The notes beneath the pieces were generated by a model that saw nothing but the letters and a program-made list of their open reading frames with translations, had not been told where the DNA came from and ran no database searches. From positions 7,959 to 71,958 of the forward strand of contig JAUCBJ010002880.1 in NCBI GenBank assembly GCA_032718475.1: a stretch of DNA of 64,000 nt. The letters are read 5' to 3'. This document shows, piece by piece, positions 39,101-51,100 of this stretch; within the stretch, counting starts at the first letter, position 1, and every line of letters begins with the position of its first letter. This stretch comes from Nemertoderma westbladi (lineage: Eukaryota > Animalia > Xenacoelomorpha). Made by a program: the position numbers and the translations under genes.

Positions 39101-42100
39101 ATAACAGGTTAGTGTATTTGTGGCTGTCAGAAGCCACACAGTAACAGGTTAGTGTGGTTAAGGATTGTGGGTGTACCTGTCAGCAGCCACACAGTAACAG
39201 GTTAGTGTGGTTGTGGCCGTCAGCAGCCACACAGTAACAGGTTAGTGTGGTTGTGGCTGTCAGCAGCCACACAGCAACAGGTTAGTGTGGTTGTGGCTGT
39301 CAGCAGCCACACAGTAACAGGTTAGTGTGGTTGTGGCTGTCAGCAGCCACACAGTAACAGGTTAGTGTGGTTGTGGCTGTCAGCAGCCACACAGCAACAG
39401 CTTAGTGTGGTTGTGGCTGTCAGCAGCCACACAGTAACAGGTTAGTGTGGTTGTGGCTGTCAGCAGCCACAAGGTAACAGGTTAGTGTGGTTGTGGCTGT
39501 CAGCAGCCACACAGTAACAGGTTAGTGTGGTTGTGGCTGTCAGCAGCAACACAGTAACGGGTTAGTGTGGTTGTGGCTGTTAGCAGCCACACAGTAACAG
39601 GTTAGTGTGGTTGTGGCTGTCAGCAGCCACACAGTAACAGGTTAGTGTGGTTGTGGCTGTCAGCAGCCACACAGTAACAGGTTAGTGTGGTTGTGGCTGT
39701 CAGCAGCCACACAGTAACAGGTTAGTGTGGTTGTGGCTGTCAGCAGCCACACAGTAACAGGTTAGTGTGGTTGTGGCTGTCAGCAGCCACACAGTAACAG
39801 GTTAGTGTGGTTGTGGCTGTCAGCAGCCACACAGTAACAGGTTAGTGTGGTTGTGGCTGTCAGCAGCCACACAGTAACAGGTTAGTGTGGTTGTGGCTGT
39901 CAGCAGCCACACAGTAACAGGTTAGTGAGGTTGTGGCTGTCAGCAGCCACACATTAACAGGTTAGTGTGGTTGAGGATTGTGGGTGTACCTGTCAGCAGC
40001 CACACAGCAACAGGTTAGTGTGGTTGTGGCTGTCAGCAGCCACACAGCAAAAGGTTAGTGTGGTTGTGGCTGTCAGCAGCCACACAGAAACAGGTTACTG
40101 TGGTTGTGGCTGTCAGCAGCCACACAGTAACAGGTTAGTGTGGTTGTGGCTGTCAGCATCCACACAGTAACAGGTTAGTGTGGTTGTGGCTGTCAGCAGC
40201 CACACAGTAACAGGTTAGTGTGGTTGTGGCTGTCAGCAGCCACACAGTAACAGGTTAGTGTGGTTGTGGCTGTCAGCAGCCACACAGTAACAGGTTAGTG
40301 TGGTTGTGGCTGTCAGCAGCCACACAGTAACAGGTTAGTGTGGTTGTGGCTGTCAGCAGCCACACAGTAACAGGTTAGTGTGGTTGTGGCTGTCAGCAGC
40401 CACACAGTAACAGGTTAGTGTGGTTGTGGCTGTCAGCAGCCACACAGTAACAGGTTAGTGTGGTTGTGGCTGTCAGCAGCCACAGAGTAACAGGTTAGTG
40501 TGGTTGTGGCTGTCAGCAGCCACACAGTAACAGGTTAGTGTGGTTAAGGATTGTGGGTGTATCCGCATGTTATCCATAAACTCGTATTTTTATAATTAAT
40601 TACAGTTTCTTAATATTCAGCTGATTCCATTCCATTTTATTATTCATTTATTGGCGCAACTTTCCAGGTTTATGATTTGCTGCGATAGTTGTGATTACTG
40701 GTACCATGGTGATTGCGTTGGAGTCACTGAGGCTCAGGGTAAGGTTATGGAGAATAAAGGCCGAGATTATATTTGCCCTCAATGTCGAGAGAAGGCTGCA
40801 TTAATGGAACATGTCGAAGACGAAATGGAAAGTAAACCCATTGATGAGTTAATCAATATCGATGTGGCAAGTGACAAAGAATCTGATGGTCTCGATACTT
40901 CTGAGAATAAGGTAATTTTACCTCAAATAGCAACAAATATCATATTTTGCTCGCCTGGAATCCCGCAGTTATCCCCATGTCAACATATGTGAAGAATACC
41001 AGGTTTTCACTAAAAACCCAGGTTACAGAAGGGCTGAATCTAACCAAAACAATAAATTAAAATGAACGTTTCAAGAAACATTAATATTAATAATTGATAA
41101 CTCTATTATTTATTAATTGTGAAGCAAGTTGAGTAAAAAACCTTACTGGTAGGAAAGATTTTTGGCGAGCCCAGTACACGTTGGCTGACTTACTGACGCG
41201 AACTATTTAAACATTTCCAAGTAATTGCACGGCACCCATTGGTGCCTGTTCTGCAAAAGCTTGAAAAGTATTATATTCGCGCGCAGCAGTCCAGTATCAA
41301 GAAGCAGAAACGTGATTGGCGCAAGTTTTTGGAGCTGCTTCCCAGTGGATAGTAACTGGTTACACATCTATATCTTCGTTTCATTGCCCGTTCCTTCTCC
41401 CTTTGGGTCTCCACACTATAAATTTCATTTCTTGGATTGGCCTCCTGAGAAGGCCTTCCTTCGTGAGGCGAAACCACCGGTCAGCTGACTATGACACACA
41501 TTTGGTATTTTTATTCGATATTCGATATTTTATTTCTTTATTATAATTCTGTTATTTAAATCGTAATAAAATTAATTAAATCGCGATAAAATTAATTAAA
41601 TCGCGATAAAATTAATTAAATCGCGATAAAATTAATTAAATCGCGATAAAATTAATTAAATCGCGATAAAATTAATTAAATCGCAATAAAATTAATTTTA
41701 TCGCGATTTAATTAATTTTATAACAGAATAACAGAATTATAGAGAAGAAATAAAATATCGAATAAATATACCAAATCTGTCATTTACCACTGATTGCCTG
41801 TAACCGCCTAGGTCCAGTTACTTTTTGGGTTTTTTTTTTTGCATACATGAATCCTCGCTTCTACCGCCTAGGTCCAGTTACGTTTTGGGTTTTTTTTTGC
41901 ATACATGAATCCTCGCTTCTACCGCCTAGGTCCAGTTACTTTCTGGGTTTTTTTTTGCATACATGAATCCTCGCTTCTACCGCCTAGGTCCAGTTACTTT
42001 CTGGGTTTTTTTTTGCATACATGAATCCTCGCTTCTACCGCCTAGGCCAGTTACTTTCTGGTTTTTTTTTTGCATACATGAATCCTCGCTTCTACCGCCT

Positions 42101-45100
42101 AGTTTCAGTTACCTTCTGTGTTTTTTTTGCATACTTGAATCCTCGCTTCTACCGCCTAGGTCCAGTTACCTTCTGGGTTTTTTTTGCATACATGAATCCT
42201 CGCTTCTACCGCCTAGGTCCAGTTACTTTCTGGGTTTTTTTTTGCATACATGAATCCTTGCTTCTACCGCCTAGTCCAGTTGCTTTCTGTGTTTTTTTTT
42301 GCATACATGAATCCTCGCTTCTACCGCCTAGGTCCAGTTACTTTCTGGGTTTTTTTTTGCATACATGAATCCTCGCTTCTACCGCCTAGGTCCAGTTACT
42401 TTCTGGGTTTTTTTTTGCATACTTGATTCCTGGCTTCTACCGCCTAGGTCCAGTTACTTTCTGGGTTTTTTTTTGCATACATGAATCCTCGCTTCTACCG
42501 CCTAGGTCCAGTTACCTTCTGGGTTTTTTTTTGCATACTTGATTCCTGGCTTCTACCGCCTAGGTCCAGTTACTTTCTGGGTTTTTTTTTGCATACATGA
42601 ATCCTCGCTTCTACCGCCTAGGTCCAGTTACCTTCTGTGTTTTTTTTGCATACATGAATCCTCGCTTCTACCGCCTAGGTCCAGTTACTTTCTGTGTTTT
42701 TTTTTGCATACTTGAATCCTCGCTTCTACCGCCTAGGTCCAGTTACCTTCTGTGTTTTTTTTGCATACTTGAATCCTCGCTTCTACCGCCTAGGTCCAGT
42801 TACCTTCTGTGTTTTTTTTTGCATACTTGAATCCTCGCTTCTACCGCCTAGGTCCAGTTACCTTCTGTGTTTTTTTTGCATACTTGAATCCTCGTTTCTA
42901 CCGCCTAGGTCCAGTTACTTTCTGTGTTTTTTTTTGCATACTTGAACCTCGCTTCTACCGCCTAGGTCCAGTTACCTTCTGTGTTTTTTTTGCATACTTG
43001 AATCCTCGCTTCTACCGCCTAGGTCCAGTTACTTTCTGGGTTTTTTTTTGCATACTTGAATCCTCGCTTCTACCGCCTAGGTCCAGTTACTTTCTGGGTT
43101 TTTTTTTGCATACTTGAATCCTCGCTTCTACCGCCTAGGTCCAGTTACTTTCTGTGTTTTTTTTTTGCATACTTGAATCCTCGCTTCTGCCGCCTAGGTC
43201 CAGTTGCTTTCTGTGTTTTTTTTTGCATACATGAATCCTTGCTTCTACCGCCTAGGTCCAGTTACTTTCTGGGTTTTTATTTGCATACTTGAATCCTTGC
43301 TTCTACCGCCTAGGTCCAGTTACTTTCTGGTTTTTTTTTTTGCATACATGAATCCTCGCTTCTACCGCCTAGGTCCAGTTACCTTCTTTTTTTTTTTTGC
43401 ATACTTGAATCCTTGCTTCTACCGCCTAGGTCCAGTTACTTTCTGGGTTTTTTTTTGCATACATGAATCCTCGCTTCTACCGCCTAGGTCCAGTTACTTT
43501 CTGGGTATTTTTTTGCATACATGAATCCTCGCTTCTACCGCCTAGGTCCAGTTACTTTCTGGGTTTTTTTTTGCATACATGAATCCTCGCTTCTACCGCC
43601 TAGGTCCAGTTACCTTCTGTGTTTTTTTTGCATACTTGAATCCTCGCTTCTACCGCCTAGGTCCAGTTACTTTCTGGGTTTTTTTTTGCATACTTGAATC
43701 CTTGCTTCTACCGCCTAGGTCCAGTTACTTTCTGAGTTTTTTTTGCATACATGAATCCTCGCTTCTACCGCCTAGGTCCAGTTACCTTCTGTGTTTTTTT
43801 TTGCATACTTGAATCCTTGCTTCTACCGCCTAGGTCCAGTTACTTTCTGGGTTTTTTTTTGCATACTTGAATCCTTGCTTCTACCGCCTAGGTCCAGTTA
43901 CTTTCTGGGTTTTTTTTGCATACATGAATCCTCGCTTCTACCGCCTAGGTCCAGTTACTTTCTGGGTTTTTTTTTTGCATACATGAATCCTCGCTTCTAC
44001 CGCCTAGGCCAGTTACTTTCTGGTTTTTTTTTTGCATACATGAATCCTCGCTTCTACCGCCTAGTTTCAGTTACCTTCTGTGTTTTTTTTGCATACTTGA
44101 ATCCTCGCTTCTACCGCCTAGGTCCAGTTACTTTCTGGGTTTTTTTTGCATACTTGAATCCTTGCTTCTACCGCCTAGGTCCAGTTACTTTCTGGGTTTT
44201 TTTTTGCATACATGAATCCTTTCTTCTACCGCCTAGGTCCAGTTGCTTTCTGTGTTTTTTTTTTGCATACATGAATCCTCGCTTCTACCGCCTAGGTCCA
44301 GTTGCTTTCTGTGTTTTTTTTTGCATACATGAATCCTCGCTTCTACCGCCTAGGTCCAGTTACTTTCTGGGTTTTTTTTTGCATACATGAATCCTCGCTT
44401 CTACCGCCTAGGTCCAGTTGCTTTCTGTGTTTTTTTTTGCATACATGAATCCTCGCTTCTACCGCCTAGGTCCAGTTACTTTCTGGGTTTTTTTTTGCAT
44501 ACTTGAATCCTCGCTTCTACCGCCTAGGTCCAGTTACTTTCTGGGTTTTTTTTTGCATACATGAATCCTTTCTTCTACCGCCTAGGTCCAGTTGCTTTCT
44601 GTGTTTTTTTTTGCATAGATGAATCCTCGCTTCTACCGCCTAGGTCCAGTTTCTTTCTGTGTTTTTTTTTTTGCATACATGAATCCTCGCTTCTACCGCC
44701 TAGGTCCAGTTACTTTCTGGGTTTTTTTTTGCATACTTGAATCCTTGCTTCTACCGCCTAGGTCCAGTTACTTTCTGGGTTTTTTTTGCATACATGAATC
44801 CTCGCTTCTACCGCCTAGGTCCAGTTACCTTCTGTGTTTTTTTTGCATACTTGAATCCTCGCTTCTACCGCCTAGGTCCAGTTACCTTCTGTTTTTTTTT
44901 GCATACTTGAATCCTCGCTTCTACCGCCTAGGTCCAGTTACCTTCTGTTTTTTTTTGCATACTTGAATCCTCGCTTCTACCGCCTAGGTCCAGTTACTTT
45001 CTGTGTTTTTTTTTGCATACTTGAATCCTCGCTTCTACCGCCTAGGTCCAGTTACCTTCTGTGTTTTTTTTGCATACTTGAATCCTCGCTTCTACCGCCT

Positions 45101-48100
45101 AGGTCCAGTTACTTTCTGGTTTTTTTTTGCATACATGAATCCTCGCTTCTACTGCCTAGTTTCAGTTACCTTCTGTGTTTTTTTTGCATACTTGAATCCT
45201 TGCTTCTACCGCCTAGGTCCAGTTACTTTCTGTGTTTTTTTTTGCATACATGAATCCTCGCTTCTACCGCCTAGGTCCAGTTACCTTCTGTTTTTTTTTG
45301 CATACATGAATCCTCGCTTCTACCGCCTAGGTCCAGTTACTTTCTGTGTTTTTTTTTGCATACATGAATCCTCGCTTCTACCGCCTAGGTCCAGTTACCT
45401 TCTGTTTTTTTTTGCATACTTGAATCCTCGCTTCTACCGCCTAGGTCCAGTTACTTTCTGGGTTTTTTTTTGCATACTTGAATCCTCGCTTCTACCGCCT
45501 AGGTCCAGTTACTTTCTGTGTTTTTTTTTGCATACATGAATCCTCGCTTCTACCGCCTAGGTCCAGTTACCTTCTGTTTTTTTTTTGCATACTTGAATCC
45601 TCGCTCCTACCGCCTAGGTCCAGTTACTTTCTGTGTTTTTTTTTGCATACATGAATCCTCGCTTCTACCGCCTAGGTCCAGTTACTTTCTGGTTTTTTTT
45701 TTGCATACTTGAATCCTCGCTTGTACCGCCTAGGTCCAGTTACTTTCTGGGTTTTTTTTTGCATACTTGAATCCTCGCTTCTACCGCCTAGGTCCAGTTA
45801 CTTTCTGTGTTTTTTTTTGCATACATGAATCCTCGCTTCTACCGCCTAGGTCCAGTTACCTTCTGTTTTTTTTTTTGCATACTTGAATCCTCGCTTCTAC
45901 CGCCTAGGTCCAGTTACTTTCTGGGTTTTTTTTTGCATACTTGAATCCTCGCTTCTACCGCCTAGGTCCAGTTACTTTCTGGTTTTTTTTTTGCATACAT
46001 GAATCCTCGCTTCTACCGCCTAGGTCCAGTTACCTTCTGGGTTTTTTTTTGCATACTTGAATCCTCGCTTCTACCGCCTAGGTCCAGTTACTTTCTGGTT
46101 TTTTTTTTGCATACATGAATCCTCGCTTCTACCGCCTAGGTCCAGTTACCTTCTGGGTTTTTTTTTGCATACATGAATCCTTGCTTCTACCGCCTAGGTC
46201 CAGTTACTTTCTGTGTTTTTTTTTGCATACTTGAATCCTCGCTTCTACCGCCTAGGTCCAGTTACTTTCTGGTTTTTTTTTTGCATACATGAATCCTCGC
46301 TTCTACCGCCTAGGTCCAGTTACCTTCTGGGTTTTTTTTTGCATACATGAATCCTTGCTTCTACCGCCTAGGTCCAGTTACTTTCTGTGTTTTTTTTGTA
46401 TACTTGAATCCGCCGCTTCTACCGCCTAGGTCCAGTTACCTTCTGTGTTTTTTTTGCATACATGAATCCTTGCTTCTACCGCCTAGGTCCAGTTACTTTC
46501 TGTGTTTTTTTTGTATACTTGAATCCGCCGCTTCTACCGCCTAGGTCCAGTTACCTTCTGTGTTTTTTTTGTATACTTGAATCCGCCGCTTCTACCGCCT
46601 AGGTCCAGTTACCTTCTGTGTTTTTTTTGCATACTTGAATCCTCGCTTCTACCGCCTAGGTCCAGTTACCTTCTGGGTTTTTTTTTGCATACATGAATCC
46701 TCGCTTCTACCGCCTAGGTCCAGTTACTTTCTGGTTTTTTTTTTGCATACATGAATCCTCGCTTCTACCGCCTAGGTCCAGTTACTTTCTGGGTTTTTTT
46801 TTGCATACATGAATCCTCGCTTCTACCGCCTAGGTCCAGTTACTTTCAGGGTTTTTTTTTGCATACATGAATCCTCGCTTCTACCGCCTAGGTCCAGTTA
46901 CTTTCTGGTTTTTTTTTGCATACTTGAATCCTCGCTTCTACCGCCTAGGTCCAGTTACTTTCAGGGTTTTTTTTTGCATACATGAATCCTCGCTTCTACC
47001 GCCTAGGTCCAGTTACTTTCAGGGTTTTTTTTGCATACATGAATCCTCGCTTCTACCGCCTAGGTCCAGTTACTTTCTGTGTTTTTTTTGCATACATGAA
47101 TCCTCGCTTCTACCGCCTAGGGCCAGTTACCTTCTGGGTTTTTTTTTGCATACATGAATCCTTGCTTCTACCGCCTAGGTCCAGTTACTTTCTGGGTTTT
47201 TTTTTTGCATACATGAATCCTCGCTTCTACCGCCTAGGTCCAGTTACCTTCTGTGTTTTTTTGCATACTTGAATCCGCCGCTTCTACCGCCTAGGTCCAG
47301 TTACTTTCTGGGTTTTTTTTGCATACTTGAATCCTCGCTTCTACCGCCTAGGTCCAGTTACTTTCAGGGTTTTTTTTTGCATACATGAATCCTCGCTTCT
47401 ACCGCCTAGGTCCAGTTACCTTCTGTGTTTTTTTGCATACTTGAATCCGCCGCTTCTACCGCCTAGGTCCAGTTACTTTCTGGGTTTTTTTTGCATACTT
47501 GAATCCTCGCTTCTACCGCCTAGGTCCAGTTACTTTCTGGGTTTTTTTTTGCATACATGAATCCTCGCTTCAACCGCCTAGGTCTAGTTACTTTCTGGGT
47601 TTTTTTTTTGCATACATGAATCCTCGCTTCTACCGCCTAGGTCCAGTTACTTTCTGGGTATTTTTTTGCATACTTGAATCCGCCGCTTCTACCGCCTAGG
47701 TCCAGTTACTTTCTGGGTTTTTTTTTGCATACTTGAATCCGCCGCTTCTACCGCCTAGGTCCAGTTACCTTCTGTGTTTTTTTTGCATACTTGAATCCTC
47801 GCTTCTACCGCCTAGGTCCAGTTACCTTCTGTGTTTTTTTGCATACTTGAATCCTCGCTTCTACCGCCTAGGTCCAGTTACCTTCTGTGTTTTTTTGCAT
47901 ACTTGAATCCGCCGCTTCTACCGCCTAGGTCCAGTTACTTTCTGGGTTTTTTTTTGCATACTTGAATCCGCCGCTTCTACCGCCTAGGTCCAGTTACTTT
48001 CTGGGTTTTTTTTTGCATACTTGAATCCTCGCTTCTACCGCCTAGGTCCAGTTACTTTCTGGGTTTTTTTTTTGCATACTTGAATCCGCCGCTTCTACCG

Positions 48101-51100
48101 CCTAGGTCCAGTTACTTTCTGGGTTTTTTTTGCATACTTGAATCCGCCGCTTCTACCGCCTAGGTCCAGTTACTTTCTGGGTTTTTTTTTGCATACTTGA
48201 ATCCGCCGCTTCTACCGCCTAGGTCCAGTTACTTTCTGGGTTTTTTTTTGCATACTTGACTTGAATCCGCCGCTTCTACCGGGGAATATTTTTTTACTCA
48301 ACTTATTGCTATAAATAATATAATTATCAATTAATACAAAACAATAAACGGATTATGTATAGTTTATAAGATATAAATAATAATATGCGCTATAAAACAC
48401 TCAATAAGGAGTTGACAATGTTATTTAGGCACTTATTATTTATCATTATTTATTATTTTTTATTATTATTATTTATTATTATTTATCATTATTTATTATT
48501 ATTTATTATTATTATTTATTATTATTCTTCACATAGTTAATATTATTGTTCACTTTTTATTTAGGCAGCTTTAATTTATATTAGAAGTTATAATTATTAC
48601 AAAAAAAAATTATCATTTTATACATATAAAATTGAAATAAAATGTCGACTGAAAAGTGAAAACCTAGTATATTCTTCACATGAGGCACATATTTTTTTTA
48701 AAAGGGTTCGGCTACTCATGTGCATTACCTGGAATAGTCATATTGATAGAAATGGCAGGGATTTCATTACAATATATTATAATTAAACGACTGTTATATT
48801 TTGATACCTGATATTCTAATATCGGTATTGTTGCTTTCCCAGGATGGAGTTAGGCACATTTCAAGTCGGGGAACTTTTTCAAAAAGGTTTAGAAAATTAA
48901 AATATAGCTTTTTAGAAGTTAACAAATAGAATTCGTACATTTAAAAGTTAACAAACAGTTTTCTCATGTTTTTAGGCAGAAATTGATATTCTTGAGATAT
49001 TTGGTGCCGAAGGTGACGTAACTAACGACAGTGACGTCACAAAACCAATAAAAGCTTCTAGGGTTAAACAACACGTGGCTCGACCAGCTAAAGCTACAAA
49101 AACTGTAAGTTTGCCTATTTTGTGAAGAATTTAAATGCATAATGATTCCAGCATTAGATCCCATTACCCCCCGACATGAGAAACTCGTCTCCCTCCCCGT
49201 AGACCCAATGGTGAAGTAAGGATCCAGCGACTGAACACATTGACGGCCCATTGCCTGTCTATCAACAGGTCGAGGTCCGTTAACAAACTGTTCAGTTGTA
49301 CATTTATTATTCTCATTAACAATATCAGTAGGACTACAAGCCAATGTAACTCAGTATTTTTGTAAAGTCAACTGTCTTGTTGGTTTTCATCAGCTCTACT
49401 GCCGTGGAAAGGTAAAAATATAAACATTTTTTATTTAATTTATTTAACATTCCAATGTAATTGTATGCGTTCTTTCATGTGAGCTATATCAGAAAATCCG
49501 ATTCCAATCGCAAAGTGGTGTTTCTGATTTGTAAAAACAGCCTATATTTAAAAGGTTTCCAGGTTAATTAAGTTTGGTTGTGTAAAGTATAAGAAACTTA
49601 AGTAATTAATTCTTGTTATATTGTGTTACGTATTTATGATACTAGCATGTGAATTGTGGCAGAGTTTTCAAAACCCTATTGGACGAATATTGTTTAGATG
49701 GTGTTTGAATATATGGTATATTATCTATTGTGAATTGTGCCCTTATCGTCTTAGCGAAATATTGGCAATAAATGATTATTATTATTATTAGGGCACCCGC
49801 CACCCACTGACACTTAAATGGAGTCTATAAAGTTTAATCAAATCTAATATTGTAAAATAGTAAAAGTTTTTTAAGCTAGTTACGGGTCGGGTAGTAAATA
49901 TTTTTCTTGATTAATTAATTAACTTCAGTAAGGTTTTTTAATTTATTAAATAGTTTTGTTTTTTAATTGATTAGGGAGCACGTTATCTTTTAATTACAGT
50001 GGAAAGATTGGGTGCAATCTTCGACCGCGTCCAACCTTCGCCCGATTCGGGGAAAGGAGCATGTTACAGACACGATAGGTTACAGAGACGAAATTTTTTA
50101 ACCAAAATAATAAACGAGGTTGTTAACACTCATTTTGAGGGCGAAGATTGCTCGCGGGCGAAGCTTTCCCGCGCGCGAAGTTTGCTGCATCCCAGTGGTG
50201 TGGAACATAACATAATCATATTAATCCGTGGCTCACTTCATCATTGGGTCTATGGGCTATGTGAAAGTAAACCCAGCTTATGGATAAATTTATTCCCATA
50301 GACACAATGACGTGTCTCAACCACTCATTACAGACTGACCCAAATGTAACGCAAGGATTACGACGACCCTAACAACAACTCTTCTATCTCTCTAGGCTGC
50401 TGCGAAGTCTCGGTCAAAAGGTAGTTCGCATTCACATAAAAGTGCTGATGTTTGCATCAATGAAGGCTGCAAAAATGCTGTGCTGAAAGACACAGTTTAC
50501 TGCAGTAAGGAATGTTTGCACATACAGACGTCGCGATCGCTTGAGATGTTAACTGCCAAACAAGAGGTTAGTTACTTTATTTGCCGGGCTAAATATTGTT
50601 GGGTAAGTTAAAGATACTTTGTTTTATACTTTTTGCGTCACGTTGCAGAATTTATCAATTTCTGCAAGATTATTTCTTATTATATTGAGTTAATTTTATC
50701 AATTAGATATTAAGGGTTATTTTTTTCGATAAGTAAAAAATACCTTATTAACAACAACAACTGTAAGCTGAGGGTAAAAGAGGACGGAGCAGGTTACAAT
50801 TTATTGGGGTTGTTTTTTATCAATTTTAGGGTCTTGTGGTATTTTTTGGGTTGTTTTTTGGTAGTTAAAGCAAAGTGAATGGGGAACTCATCTGAATATT
50901 ACCTACCTAGTCCCCCTTTGGCCTCCTCCCCATGGGTAACTCATCTGAATATTACCTATACCTAGTCCCCCTTTGGCCTCCTCCTCCTCCTTGTGGTTAA
51001 GTTGATCCTCACCAAAATCCCACAAAATGATAAATTTGTTATTTTAAACCCAAAATGGAATTAAATCCACATACATTTTTGTTGCAGCAGCTCAGATTAA

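Noticed and set aside
39967-40170. Cys-rich ORF MVEDCGCTCQQPHSNR...
   Set aside because: Translation of the exon-derived 40/53 bp repeat, not a separate gene.
40651-40992. Stand-alone 113 aa PHD protein
   Set aside because: It lacks the first Cys pair; it is exon 5 (40668-40911) plus intron read-through.
41963-47699. Many ORFs (MNPRFYRLGPVTF...) in the 58 bp array
   Set aside because: Translation artefacts of the repeat; the frame shifts with T-run length.
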